A DNA stretch of 64,000 nucleotides from an uncultured Rikenella sp. (GCA_964627825.1 CAZVLJ010000002.1:26381-90380), one strand, 5' to 3'. Positions 17,863-28,124 are shown, counted from the stretch's first letter. Notes: a model not told the origin generated them from the letters alone. Made by a program: numbers and translations.

Positions 17863-20800
17863 ATGACAATAAGATCCTTCCTTACCGTTTTTGCGATCAT
17901 GATCCCGGCCCTGCTTGCAGGTCAGAAAACTGATATGTCGCTTTTCAAGGGCATCAGGCCCAGGAATATCGGCCCCGGCGGCATGAGCGGAAGGGTCACG
18001 GCATTTGCCGTTGATCCGAGAAATGAGAATGTCTTCTATGTCGGCTCTGCCTCCGGTGGTTTATGGAAGACGGTAAATGCAGGCACCACCTTCTCCCCTC
18101 TCTTTGATGATCAGCCCGTTGCTTCAATAGGAGCGCTTGCCATTGACCCGCAGAGACCTGACATTATATGGGCCGGCACCGGTGAAGGCAATCCCCGCAA
18201 CAGTGTCACGGGAGGGTATGGCATCTACAAAAGCGCTGACGGTGGCCGTACATGGAAATGCATGGGCCTGGAGCTGACAAGGTACATCCACCGCATCATA
18301 GTTGATCCGGTCAATCCTGATGTCATTTATGCCGGCGCCATAGGCAATCCGTGGGCACCCCATACAGAGAGGGGTCTGTATCGGTCTTCTGATGGTGGCC
18401 GCTCATGGAGCAGGCTGCTATTTACCAATGAGACATCCGGAGTGGCTGACATGGTCATGGACCCGACCAACCCGGGCAAGATCTTTGTTGCCATGTGGGA
18501 TCACCACCGCTGGCCATGGTTTTTCACCTCCTCAGCTGCCGGCTCAGGTCTGTGGATCACACATGACGGTGGTGACACCTTTAAAAAAGTTGGCGGAGGA
18601 TTACCTGAAGAGGTGGGACGAATAGGGCTGGCCATTGCACGGTCAGATCCTGATTATGTTTATGCGTATGTCGAGTCAAAGTCTTCAGCCATCTATCGTT
18701 CCACCGATGGCGGCGTGACATGGGAGAAAAGGGGTGACAGGAATATTGGCAACAGGCCTTTTTACTATGCAGAGATTTATGTTGATCCTCAGAATGAAAA
18801 CCGCGTTTATACACTCTTTTCAGGTGTCAACGTGAGTGATGATGGGGCGCTCACCTTTGACAGGCGCACCGCCGAGTCGGTTCACCTTGATCATCATGCC
18901 TGGTATATTGATCCGGTCAACCCTGACCGCATGCTTGACGGCAACGATGGCGGGATGGGGATCACCTATGACAGGGGCAACACATGGCGCCATATTGAGA
19001 ACCTGCCCCTGGGGCAGTTCTATCACATAAATGTGGACAATGAGCTGCCTTACAATATCTACGGGGGTTTGCAGGATAACGGCTCATGGCGCGGGCCGGC
19101 CTACTCATGGCATAGCGGACCCCTTATTAATGAGATGTATGACTTCCTCATGGGTGGAGACGGTTTTGATGCCATGCCTGTACAGGGTGACAACCGATAT
19201 TGCTATGCGCAGTCGCAGGGTGGGTCACTACGCAGGTTTGATCTGCATACCGGCTGGAACAAGAGCATCAGACCTGCTGCTGAAGAGAGAGAAAGGCTCC
19301 GCTTCAACTGGAACGCGGCACTGGCCCAGGATCCTTTTGACAATAACGCAATCTATTTCGGAAGTCAGTTTGTACACATGAGCACCGACAGGGGTGACAC
19401 ATGGACCAGGATATCGCCTGATCTTACTACCAACGACCCGGAGAAGCAGAAACAGGATCAGAGCGGAGGTATAACCAGGGATGTCACCGGTGCCGAGATC
19501 CACTGCACGGTGATCACTATCGCGCCCAGTCCTGTCAGAAGAGGACTCATATGGGCAGGAACTGATGACGGGATGATCCAGATCACTGAAGACGGAGGAA
19601 AAAACTGGAAAAACACCTCCGGTAACATCAAGGGCATGCCACGAAACGGGTGGGTGCCACAGATCACTGCTTCAGCACATGATCCCGCTGAAGCCTTTGC
19701 CGTGGTCAATGACTACAGGCAGGGTGACAATGCCGCATACCTGTTCCGGACCAGGGATTACGGCCGCAGCTGGCAGCGCATCATTGATGATACTGATGTA
19801 TGGGGTTATGTGTTATGTTTTGTGCAGGACCCGGAAGAACCGAAGCTCATGTTTGCCGGGACTGAGTTTGGTCTCTACGTATCATTTGATGAGGGTGACA
19901 CGTGGAACAGGTGGAAGAGCGGATACCCGACTGTATCAACCTATGACATGGTTATCCATCCACGTGAACATGACCTGGTGATTGGCACCTTTGGGCGGGC
20001 TGTATGGATACTCGATGACATCAGGCCGCTGAGGTCACTGGCATCGTCCGGCAGGAGTCTGCTGAAGAGTGAACTGACATCATTTGAGGTGCCGGAGGCA
20101 TACCTCGTTTCAAGAAAAAACCTTCCGGGCTACTACTTCTACGGTGATGCGATGTACCGTGGTCAGAACAGGGAACAAGGCGCCATGATCACATTCTGCA
20201 CAGCTGCAGATTCCGGAAAGGTGTCAGTTGAGATATCTGACCAGAACGGGAATGTGGTTAAGACAATGGAAACAAATGTTACAAAAGGGTTCAACCGCTT
20301 CACCTGGTACCTTGACCGTAATCCTCTTCCGCAGGTCACCTATCCCTTTGACCGGGACCAGCAGCAGGATTCCCGGGCGAGGTACTTCAGGGGATTCAGG
20401 GGGATGGTTTCTCCCGGAACCTATACTGTTAAGCTAAACATGGGCAGTGCGAATTCATCCGCCATCGTCAGGGTTAATCCTGACCCCAGAATGCCCACTC
20501 TGGATACCGATGCCATAAAAGGCAATCATGAAAGGGCAATTGTCTTTGGATCGCGGATTGATTCTCTCAATGAAAAACTGAAAGCCCTCACTACTGTGCG
20601 GGAGGCTATTGCGAATAGTGAGAAGCTGTTTTCACGAAACCCGGACTTCGCAGCATCCGTCCTGGAAGTGCATAAGGCAGTCACAGAGGAGCTTGCAAGG
20701 ATGGATGAAGCCTTCCGGAGTCGACAGGAAGGACTCTCCTCAAGGATCGGCAGTTACAGGGTATTGATTACCGCTTCAGGCCCTCTGACGGAACAGGAAG

Positions 20801-20940
20801 AAGCGGCTGTGGAGGATGCAGGGGATGCCCTGGATGAGGCACAGAGACTAATAGATACTTTGACTGAAGGCAGCTGGGCACGATACGTGGCAAAGCTTAA
20901 GGAAGTGACCCTTACCGGTGATGCAGTGGTACTAAAATGA
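17863..20940 (+). CDS. Secreted Asp-box (BNR) / sortilin-VPS10-like beta-propeller protein
   Basis: Signal peptide, then about ten SxDxGxTW-type boxes (SADGGRTW, SSDGGRSW, THDGGDTF, STDGGVTW, STDRGDTW, TEDGGKNW, TRDYGRSW ..). Confidence 0.85.
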   Translation: MTIRSFLTVFAIMIPALLAGQKTDMSLFKGIRPRNIGPGGMSGRVTAFAVDPRNENVFYVGSASGGLWKTVNAGTTFSPLFDDQPVASIGALAIDPQRPDIIWAGTGEGNPRNSVTGGYGIYKSADGGRTWKCMGLELTRYIHRIIVDPVNPDVIYAGAIGNPWAPHTERGLYRSSDGGRSWSRLLFTNETSGVADMVMDPTNPGKIFVAMWDHHRWPWFFTSSAAGSGLWITHDGGDTFKKVGGGLPEEVGRIGLAIARSDPDYVYAYVESKSSAIYRSTDGGVTWEKRGDRNIGNRPFYYAEIYVDPQNENRVYTLFSGVNVSDDGALTFDRRTAESVHLDHHAWYIDPVNPDRMLDGNDGGMGITYDRGNTWRHIENLPLGQFYHINVDNELPYNIYGGLQDNGSWRGPAYSWHSGPLINEMYDFLMGGDGFDAMPVQGDNRYCYAQSQGGSLRRFDLHTGWNKSIRPAAEERERLRFNWNAALAQDPFDNNAIYFGSQFVHMSTDRGDTWTRISPDLTTNDPEKQKQDQSGGITRDVTGAEIHCTVITIAPSPVRRGLIWAGTDDGMIQITEDGGKNWKNTSGNIKGMPRNGWVPQITASAHDPAEAFAVVNDYRQGDNAAYLFRTRDYGRSWQRIIDDTDVWGYVLCFVQDPEEPKLMFAGTEFGLYVSFDEGDTWNRWKSGYPTVSTYDMVIHPREHDLVIGTFGRAVWILDDIRPLRSLASSGRSLLKSELTSFEVPEAYLVSRKNLPGYYFYGDAMYRGQNREQGAMITFCTAADSGKVSVEISDQNGNVVKTMETNVTKGFNRFTWYLDRNPLPQVTYPFDRDQQQDSRARYFRGFRGMVSPGTYTVKLNMGSANSSAIVRVNPDPRMPTLDTDAIKGNHERAIVFGSRIDSLNEKLKALTTVREAIANSEKLFSRNPDFAASVLEVHKAVTEELARMDEAFRSRQEGLSSRIGSYRVLITASGPLTEQEEAAVEDAGDALDEAQRLIDTLTEGSWARYVAKLKEVTLTGDAVVLK

Positions 20941-20943
20941 AAG

Positions 20944-20964
20944 ATGCGCCGGGTGACGGCGCAT
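20944..20964. terminator. Hairpin between convergent genes (ATGCGCCG-ggtga-CGGCGCAT)
   Basis: Perfect 8-bp GC-rich stem, 3 nt after the BNR gene stop and 5 nt before the FKBP gene stop. Confidence 0.55.
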
Positions 20965-20969
20965 TTCCA

Positions 20970-21482
20970 TTATTTCTTTGCTTTCCTTGTCATTTCCTCA
21001 ACCTCCATCTCAAAGAGCAGCGGAGTGTAGCCCGGTATTACTGTGTAGTAGTACCCGTAGATATCATATGTCCCGAAGCCCATGGAGCCGTATGCGACCT
21101 TTGATGGCAGCAATACTTTAGCCTTGGTTCCCAGTTTCATTTTAACAAGTGCCAGTGACCACCCCTCAATGAGGTCCGGTGTGCCCACCCTGAACCTGTA
21201 GGGTGTTGGTGCATCGAGGTTGTCATTAAAGGCCTTCCCGCTGAGGAAAGAGCCTGAGTACCTCACCCCTACCGAGTCTCCCACCTGTATCAACTCTCCG
21301 GTACCGGGGTACTCTTCAATATAATAGATGCCGTTAGCATCGGGTGCCACTGCTATATTGTTCTGTGCAACATAGTCTTCGATCAGGCTTTTTTCCTCCT
21401 CCTCATACTTCTTGGCCGGATTGCAGGCAACTATCACAACAGCCAACAGTGCCGTCAGGGCAACGCTGAATCTCTTTCTCAT
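20970..21482 (-). CDS. FKBP-type peptidyl-prolyl cis-trans isomerase (lipoprotein)
   Basis: Lipobox VIVAC. FKBP core: VGVRYSGSFLSGKAFD..FRVGTPDLIEGW..LPSKVAYG. Start set at ATG 21482. Confidence 0.85.
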   Translation of the reverse strand: MRKRFSVALTALLAVVIVACNPAKKYEEEEKSLIEDYVAQNNIAVAPDANGIYYIEEYPGTGELIQVGDSVGVRYSGSFLSGKAFNDNLDAPTPYRFRVGTPDLIEGWSLALVKMKLGTKAKVLLPSKVAYGSMGFGTYDIYGYYYTVIPGYTPLLFEMEVEEMTRKAKK

Positions 21483-21525
21483 GGTTCTAAATGTTTCCCC
21501 CATTTCCCTCAAATATCGTTCCAAT

Positions 21526-22026
21526 TTATATTATATCCCTTATTCTTATCCTGTAGATCAATATGGCTCTTCCAGGTATCTTAGCGCCGTCACCTGTCAG
21601 GCCGTAGGCCAGGTAAGGAGGCACAATGAACAGATAATCACTGCCTTGCTGCATGAGCTGAAGGCCTTCAGTGACACCGCTGCCGGTATCGGCATAACCT
21701 ACCCTGATTGTTTGTGTGCCGCTGTAACAGGGATCTCCGTTAAGGAGCGTGCATTCATAGTCGAAGCTTACATTATCCCCGGTCTTGACTGCAGGTCCTG
21801 TTCCGTCAGTCAGCACACTGTACCACAGTCCTGTCTCTGTTTCGGTGAACTGGCGGTCTGTTTTGCTTAAATAGCTGGTTATCTGTTCGCGGTCCTGGGT
21901 GAGCATCGAGCGGTTTATCTCTATGAGTTCCGCCTCGGTGCGGGGGGTTATCTTGCTTCTGCTATCAGGTTTATTCTGGCAGCCGGCAGCAAGGATAACG
22001 AGTGCTATCATCAATGCTATTCTCAT
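21526..22026 (-). CDS. FKBP-type peptidyl-prolyl cis-trans isomerase (lipoprotein)
   Basis: Lipobox LAAGC. VSFDYECTLLNG.., GVTEGLQLM, VPPYLAYG. Confidence 0.85.
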   Translation of the reverse strand: MRIALMIALVILAAGCQNKPDSRSKITPRTEAELIEINRSMLTQDREQITSYLSKTDRQFTETETGLWYSVLTDGTGPAVKTGDNVSFDYECTLLNGDPCYSGTQTIRVGYADTGSGVTEGLQLMQQGSDYLFIVPPYLAYGLTGDGAKIPGRAILIYRIRIRDII

Positions 22027-23063
22027 CTCATCATCTCTTTTGCAGCCTCCTCCAGTTCTCTGCGGAATGAAGGCAGAGTATTCTCAAAGTGGTTCACAAC
22101 CTCGTGAATGGTGCCTTTCATCTCTCCCCCTGCAGCATTGCGGTGTCCACCACCGTTGAAGCACTTACGTGAGAGTTCGTTGGCATTAAAGCTTCCCTTT
22201 GAGCGGAGTGACATCTTTACAAATCCGGTGCGCTCCACAAAGAGAACCGATAGTACTATTCCCTCCATGGTGAGAAGAACGTTGGCGAATCCTTCCGTAT
22301 CGCCCTTCACGTGGCGAAATCTTTCAAGATCTTCCTTCGTCAGCCAGATATAGGCAGTATGGAGCTCAGGATAAACAACCATCCTGCTGTGCAGCGCAAA
22401 GCCCTTAAGCCTTATCCTGTCAGAGGAGAAGTTGCTGAAGATATGATCATGTATTCTTTCCTTGTCAACGCCCAAGTCAAGAAGGTGGCCAACAGTCCGC
22501 ATTGTATCACCGGTATAGTAACCGTGCTCAAAATTACCCGTATCAGTGATGATGCCCACATAGACAGCAGTGATGAAGTCGCTGTCACTGAATTCCGTCC
22601 CCTCCATCCCATTCACCAGGAAATAGACCAGTTCGGAGGTCGAACTACGGCTGACGTCTGAGATTACCAGGTCTGCAAAATTACCCGGATCCGGGTGATG
22701 ATCAATCATCACCTTCCTGGCACCTGAGCTGATAACCAGTTGCTCTGCCTTACCCATCCTGGAGGTGGTATTGAAATCAACCATAATAATGAGGTCGGCT
22801 TCGTTTATCAGCCTTGCACCCTCTGCCATATTATGATGGAAATCAAGTACCTTATCCACATCCTTCATCCATAGGAGGAATTTCTGCAGTGCATTTGGAG
22901 ATATCATTCTGGCATCCTTGCCCTGTGACATGATCCACTTTCTCATTGCCAGCATGGCACCAATGGCATCACCGTCAGGGTTTATGTGACAGATAAGCAG
23001 AATGTGTTCTGCCTCACTGATCAGCTTCTTTAATTCTTTTGTATATTTACCGAATTCTGGCAC
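22023..23063 (-). CDS. DHH/DHHA1 phosphoesterase (NrnA-like oligoribonuclease/pAp phosphatase)
   Basis: DGDAIGA, MIDHHPDPG (DHH) and GGGHRNAAG (DHHA1). 4-nt overlap with the downstream FKBP gene. Confidence 0.85.
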   Translation of the reverse strand: MPEFGKYTKELKKLISEAEHILLICHINPDGDAIGAMLAMRKWIMSQGKDARMISPNALQKFLLWMKDVDKVLDFHHNMAEGARLINEADLIIMVDFNTTSRMGKAEQLVISSGARKVMIDHHPDPGNFADLVISDVSRSSTSELVYFLVNGMEGTEFSDSDFITAVYVGIITDTGNFEHGYYTGDTMRTVGHLLDLGVDKERIHDHIFSNFSSDRIRLKGFALHSRMVVYPELHTAYIWLTKEDLERFRHVKGDTEGFANVLLTMEGIVLSVLFVERTGFVKMSLRSKGSFNANELSRKCFNGGGHRNAAGGEMKGTIHEVVNHFENTLPSFRRELEEAAKEMMR

Positions 23064-23145
23064 TTTTTTAGCCTTTTAAGGCGACAAAGATAAGAAAATA
23101 ATAAAGTTTAGAAAAAGAGTTAAATTAACCCATTCTCAAACCATT

Positions 23146-23565
23146 ATGAGTGATGATATTACTTTCTCGATCATCAAGCCCGATGCTCTTGCCAGGGGTG
23201 ATGCTGCGAGGATTCTCTGCAGGATAGCTGAAGCCGGTTTCACCATTGCGGCCCTGAAAATGATTCATATGACCACGGCACAAGCCGAAGGTTTCTACGC
23301 CGTACACCGGGAAAGGCCATTCTTTAAGGGACTGGTGGAGTTCATGTCAACCGGGCCCGTGATGGTGATGGTGTTGAGGCATCCGGATGCCGTTGAGAAG
23401 TTCCGGAGCCTCATAGGCAGCACTGACCCTGCAAAGGCCATACCGGGAACCATCAGGGCCGAATACGGTACCACAGTGCAGAAAAATGCGGTTCATGGAT
23501 CGGACTCCCAGGAGAACGCCCTCAAAGAGGCCTCCTACTTCTTTTCTGCCATCGAAATATTCTGA
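23146..23565 (+). CDS. ndk: Nucleoside diphosphate kinase
   Basis: 139 aa; TFSIIKPDA.., FYAVHRERPFF, NAVHGSDS active-site His. Confidence 0.97.
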   Translation: MSDDITFSIIKPDALARGDAARILCRIAEAGFTIAALKMIHMTTAQAEGFYAVHRERPFFKGLVEFMSTGPVMVMVLRHPDAVEKFRSLIGSTDPAKAIPGTIRAEYGTTVQKNAVHGSDSQENALKEASYFFSAIEIF

Positions 23566-23609
23566 GAAAAACAAATTGCTTGAATTTCTTGTTCTGGTAA
23601 AAAACTAAA

Positions 23610-25358
23610 ATGACTAAAACCTTTTCACCTGACTTTTCGGATAAGAAAACACTCGAAAAGTACTCGTCTGCCTATACCCTCTCCGATATGGAGATCTTTA
23701 TCTTTCCCGACCTTTTTTACCCGCTGGTACTCTCCAACATCATGTCTCCGCTCATCTGGCGTTGGCGTGACGATCCATGGTTCAGGGACATGCAACGAAA
23801 GAACTTCATAAGCAGGGCCAACAGAATCAAACAATACATCATTGACAACTATATCTTCAACCTTGATCTTGAGACGTGGGGATTAACGGAGAAGGAGAAG
23901 GAAACTGCCCGTTTCAGTGACTTCTTTGATACTGAACTGCTGAAACAGTCCAATGCCCTTTTTGGATACGAGGGCGACAGGTATTATTTCAGCATTGATA
24001 TCCGCCGCCATTTCGGGCTTGACAAATATAATTCCTCTGTCATCCCTTACTGGAAGACAGAAACGGTGGAGGCAATGGACGCCTTCAGGCACAGGGAACA
24101 CTACACTACCGGTGCCGGTGAGTGTGTGAGTCTTGCTGCACTCTACGCTGCTGCCATGTTCATAGTGGGTGAGATATCACTTGAAAAGATCTTCATGATG
24201 GCCACTCCTCTCCATTCCCAGAACTACATAGACATGAAAGAGGGGCTTATGACCAACAACCGCAGGATCATGACAAAGAACATGTGGTTCAACGGTACGG
24301 CCCTCTCAGGCAAAGCACGCAGAGCACTTGAGAATGAGAAGGTAACGATTGTTTCACACATCACGGGGCACATACATACTGTGTACGAGGAAGCTACAAT
24401 TGACAGGGATGCCTATATCTCTTTTACTGATAAACTGAGAGGCTTTGTCAGAACACAGCTTTCACCGGTGGTCTTTGTCAACTTCCTGAGGTTTAAACCG
24501 GAATACAAGTGTCTCTTCCAGTACCATCACCTGCGGACCGGATCAAACCATTATATACCGCTTGAGAAGCTCTTTGAATATGAGCACTCATCCAGGGCCA
24601 GCATGAATGAAGAGACGCGAAGCAAGCTGCTTGCCGAGGTTGACCCTGAGGAGTTCCATTGTGAACCCATTCCCGGTAAGATCATACTGAATGATGTGGA
24701 AGAGTTTCTTAAAAACCATCTCAACAGTGACCTGAAGGTAATTGAAGAGACTTTTACCAGGGAATTCCAGACTGAACACACTGATTGTGTGAAGCGGATG
24801 TTCAGTGATATTGGCAGTTTCATTCTAACCGAACCCAGGCTGCCATCCGTGGAAAGAAAGTTCAGGAAGGTAACCCATCCTCAGATCTCCGTTACTGACA
24901 GCCGCAAAGAGATCATCGGTAAGATCACAGATCTCTCCAACGAATCAGAGATGGCGCTGCTGGCGCTGTATGCATTCCGTGATATGGAACGGACTGACTG
25001 GAGACCGTTTATCAAGGCAGCCATTGAAAGGAATCCCGTGAGCCATGATACCCTTGCCGGCAGGAGTGCGGATGAGATATATAATATTATCAATGAGCTG
25101 AAAAACAAATCTATCTATGACTCAGGGCGGATGGCCCAGCCTGATGAGGTATGGAACTTCAGGCGGGGCGACGGGGCCGAAAAGGCTTTTCTCATGGCCA
25201 ATGTGCTGCTCTTCAATGACCCTGCTGCCAGGGTAGAGATATCACTGCATGATGATCATGCTATGCTTGAGTATTCAGGACAGCATTTCAGTTTTGTCAC
25301 AGCCAAGGGTCACAACAAAAAGATACTGATCGGAAAAGGCTCTTTCATCGCAGAGTGA
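23610..25358 (+). CDS. Hypothetical protein (582 aa) with a possible transglutaminase/papain-like Cys-His core
   Basis: Long uninterrupted ORF with no TM or signal. GAGECVSLAALYAAAMF is followed 34 aa later by TPLHSQNYID. No family recognised by eye. Confidence 0.6.
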   Translation: MTKTFSPDFSDKKTLEKYSSAYTLSDMEIFIFPDLFYPLVLSNIMSPLIWRWRDDPWFRDMQRKNFISRANRIKQYIIDNYIFNLDLETWGLTEKEKETARFSDFFDTELLKQSNALFGYEGDRYYFSIDIRRHFGLDKYNSSVIPYWKTETVEAMDAFRHREHYTTGAGECVSLAALYAAAMFIVGEISLEKIFMMATPLHSQNYIDMKEGLMTNNRRIMTKNMWFNGTALSGKARRALENEKVTIVSHITGHIHTVYEEATIDRDAYISFTDKLRGFVRTQLSPVVFVNFLRFKPEYKCLFQYHHLRTGSNHYIPLEKLFEYEHSSRASMNEETRSKLLAEVDPEEFHCEPIPGKIILNDVEEFLKNHLNSDLKVIEETFTREFQTEHTDCVKRMFSDIGSFILTEPRLPSVERKFRKVTHPQISVTDSRKEIIGKITDLSNESEMALLALYAFRDMERTDWRPFIKAAIERNPVSHDTLAGRSADEIYNIINELKNKSIYDSGRMAQPDEVWNFRRGDGAEKAFLMANVLLFNDPAARVEISLHDDHAMLEYSGQHFSFVTAKGHNKKILIGKGSFIAE

Positions 25359-25649
25359 TCAGTGCAACGCTATCTCCCTGACAACCTCTTCTCCTGCCCT
25401 GCTGTTGATCTGAGTCTTCAGGGCATCACGAAGCATCATCAGTTCATTCCTTACAACCGATGAGGTAAGGCTGATATGAAGCACACCATCCTTCAGGTAC
25501 ACTCTTTTTGTCCGTACGGTGATAACCTTGCCGGCTATGCTCTCCCATATATTGATCACGCCTGCTTCCTTCAGCCCTGCACCCAGCCGGTATTCTTTTA
25601 CAAGTTCCTCCAGTGCCTCTCCCAGGGTCATGGTTTTATTCCTTCGCAT
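25359..25649 (-). CDS. DUF721 (DciA-like) protein
   Basis: 96 aa, immediately downstream of recF. WESIAGKVITVRTKRVYLKDGVLHISLTSSVVRNELMM pattern typical of DUF721. Confidence 0.8.
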   Translation of the reverse strand: MRRNKTMTLGEALEELVKEYRLGAGLKEAGVINIWESIAGKVITVRTKRVYLKDGVLHISLTSSVVRNELMMLRDALKTQINSRAGEEVVREIALH

Positions 25650-25652
25650 AAT

Positions 25653-26771
25653 TCACTTCACTCCGTTGGTGATCTCCTCTTCGATAACTCCTTTCCTGCC
25701 GATGCGGTAGAGCCTGAAATCAACCCCGGTATTATCGAGGATACGGTGGATGCGCTCCTGCTGGGTGTCAGTTATTAAGACCTGGCCAAACTCCCCCGAG
25801 CCCACCAGACGAATGATCTCTTCCACCCTGTTCTGGTCAAACTTGTCAAAGATATCGTCCAGCAGCAGTGCGGGAGCGAATCCGTTCATCCTGCTGATCA
25901 GTCCGAACTTGGCAAGCTTCAGTGCCACAATGAATGACTTCTGCTGTCCCTGGCTGGCAGTGGTTCTTGCTGAGTGTCCTTCTATCTCGAAGGCCAGGTC
26001 ATCACGGTGTATGCCAGTAGTTGTATACTGCAAAGCATAATCCCGCTCCCTGGAGGCAGCCAGCTGCTGAAGGTAATCGCCCCCACCCAGGTGTGACCGG
26101 TAGCGTATGGATACCTTTTCGGCTCCGCCGGTTATCTTCTCATAGTAGGAACGGAACAGTGGCAGCATATTTTCAGTCAGTTTCCGTCTCGACTGGTATA
26201 TGAGCTCCGCCTCCTGTGCCATCTGTTCATCATAAATCTCAAGCAGACCTGCAGCATCATAACCTCTCTCCCTGAGTATTCTGTTTCGCTGCATCAGCGC
26301 CTTGTTGTAGCGTACGTGGGCCTCCAGGTAGAGGGGATCATACTGGCTGATGATCATATTCAGGAAGCGGCGGCGCTCCTCGCTGCTGCCGGTAATGAGT
26401 GTACTGTCAGCCGGGGAGAGCATGACCACGGGAAATTTTCCCACATGGTCTGACATACGCTGATATTCCTTCCCGTTGAGTCTGAAGACCTTCTGCTTCT
26501 GCTTCTGGAAAGCACAGTGGAGTTCATCGCTATTGTCATCAGTGACAAACGTTCCCCTGATCATGAAATAATCCTCACCATGCCTGATACTCAACGTGTC
26601 TGAGCTGTTGAAAAAACTCTTGGTCATTGACAGGTAGTGTACTGCATCAAGGATATTGGTCTTACCCACTCCATTGTTACCCACAAAGCAATTGAATCCC
26701 GGAGAAAAGCCGAGTGCAACCTCCTCATAGTTCTTGAAATTTGTCAGTTCCAGCCTTGCCAGGTGCATCAT
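25653..26771 (-). CDS. recF: DNA replication/repair protein RecF
   Basis: Walker A GNNGVGKTNILDA, signature SQGQQKS, Walker B LLLDDIFDKFD. Confidence 0.95.
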   Translation of the reverse strand: MMHLARLELTNFKNYEEVALGFSPGFNCFVGNNGVGKTNILDAVHYLSMTKSFFNSSDTLSIRHGEDYFMIRGTFVTDDNSDELHCAFQKQKQKVFRLNGKEYQRMSDHVGKFPVVMLSPADSTLITGSSEERRRFLNMIISQYDPLYLEAHVRYNKALMQRNRILRERGYDAAGLLEIYDEQMAQEAELIYQSRRKLTENMLPLFRSYYEKITGGAEKVSIRYRSHLGGGDYLQQLAASRERDYALQYTTTGIHRDDLAFEIEGHSARTTASQGQQKSFIVALKLAKFGLISRMNGFAPALLLDDIFDKFDQNRVEEIIRLVGSGEFGQVLITDTQQERIHRILDNTGVDFRLYRIGRKGVIEEEITNGVK

Positions 26772-26879
26772 CTCAGTCAGCGCTTGTCAGTGCGGCAAAG
26801 TTACGAAAAGAAACGGCAGCGTCAAGCAAGCTTGAAGCACTGCCGGCACGCTGAATTGAACAGTTCATTTTTTTAACCT

Positions 26880-26914
26880 TTTGTTTTTTAATAATGTCAG
26901 AAATACTACTTTTG
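26880..26914 (+). promoter_or_regulatory. Bacteroidota-type promoter (-33 TTTG at 26880..26883, -7 TACTTTTG at 26907..26914)
   Basis: Both boxes are present with 23-nt spacing, 38 nt upstream of ATG 26952. Confidence 0.5.
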
Positions 26915-26951
26915 CGGAGTTATTTTTTGACCTGTAACAGAGAAGATTGAT

Positions 26952-27632
26952 ATGAGCAAGAAAAAGGAGACCGCAAAAGGGATCGAGAATGTTGAACAGA
27001 CACTGACCAAAACCGAACAGTTCCTGGAACAGAATTATAAGCCTCTCTTATATGTACTTGTAGTGGCCGTGGTGCTGGTGGGGATAATATGGCTTCTGAG
27101 AATGTATACCCACAAACAGAATGAGGAGGCTCTCAGCCAGATGTTTATGGCCGAGCAGTATTTCGGTGAGGACTCGCTCAGACTTGCCCTTTACGGTGAC
27201 GGCAACAACCTTGGCTTCATAGATATAGCACAGGAATACAAAAGAACAAAGTCAGGCAGACTGGCCAATTTCTATGCAGGTGCCTGTCTCATACATCTCG
27301 GTCAGTATGAGGAGGCAGTAAGCTACCTGAATAAATATAATCTGGATGACGAGGTTCTGGCTCCGCAAGCCAAAGGCCTGATTGGAGATGCGAGGGTTGA
27401 GCTGGGCGACTATAGTGCCGGTATAAAAAACTACCTTGAGGCAGCCGGGATGGCTGAAAACTCATTCCATAGTCCCATTTACCTGATGAAGGCGGGCATG
27501 CTCTACGAGGGTGATGGCAATTATACAGAGGCACTCAGTCTCTATGAACAAATTAAGCAGAAGTATCCCGAGAGCAATGAGGGCAGAAGCATAGATAAAT
27601 ACATTGCCAGGGTCAAAATGCATATCGACTGA
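26952..27632 (+). CDS. Membrane-anchored tetratricopeptide-repeat protein
   Basis: N-terminal TM (LLYVLVVAVVLVGIIWLL), then TPR-like helices (YAGACLIHLGQYEEAVSYL, AGMLYEGDGNYTEALSLYEQI). Confidence 0.75.
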   Translation: MSKKKETAKGIENVEQTLTKTEQFLEQNYKPLLYVLVVAVVLVGIIWLLRMYTHKQNEEALSQMFMAEQYFGEDSLRLALYGDGNNLGFIDIAQEYKRTKSGRLANFYAGACLIHLGQYEEAVSYLNKYNLDDEVLAPQAKGLIGDARVELGDYSAGIKNYLEAAGMAENSFHSPIYLMKAGMLYEGDGNYTEALSLYEQIKQKYPESNEGRSIDKYIARVKMHID

Positions 27633-27635
27633 CAG

Positions 27636-28124
27636 GTGGCAACACGTGATCTTTCTGACTATGATCCTTCACGTGTCCCCGATGCCTCGGGGATGAGGTT
27701 CGGCATAGTGGTAGCCGACTGGAACAGTGAGGTGACCCATGCCCTGATGATCGGTGCAGAAAAAACCCTGATGCGTCACGGCGTTACCGATAATGATATC
27801 ATTGTCAGGCATGTACCCGGAACCTTTGAGCTTACTCTTGGTGCGCAGTGGATGGCCGAATACGAAGATCTTGACGGGGTGATATGCCTCGGATGCGTGA
27901 TTCAGGGTGAGACACCTCATTTTACTTATATCTGCGAGGGAGTGACACAGGGAATCACCCAGCTCAACCTCGATTATAACATTCCATTCATTTTTGGCGT
28001 GCTTACCACTCTTAGCCATCAACAGGCTATTGACAGGGCTGGCGGCAGGCATGGTAACAAGGGTGATGAGGCGGCAGTGACAGCCATCAGGATGGCAGCA
28101 CTGCAACGACTTATGGAGAAATAA
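27636..28124 (+). CDS. ribH: 6,7-dimethyl-8-ribityllumazine synthase
   Basis: RFGIVVADWNSEVT.., VPGTFELT, LGCVIQGETPHFTYI, FGVLTT. GTG start 3 nt after the upstream stop. Confidence 0.95.
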   Translation: MATRDLSDYDPSRVPDASGMRFGIVVADWNSEVTHALMIGAEKTLMRHGVTDNDIIVRHVPGTFELTLGAQWMAEYEDLDGVICLGCVIQGETPHFTYICEGVTQGITQLNLDYNIPFIFGVLTTLSHQQAIDRAGGRHGNKGDEAAVTAIRMAALQRLMEK

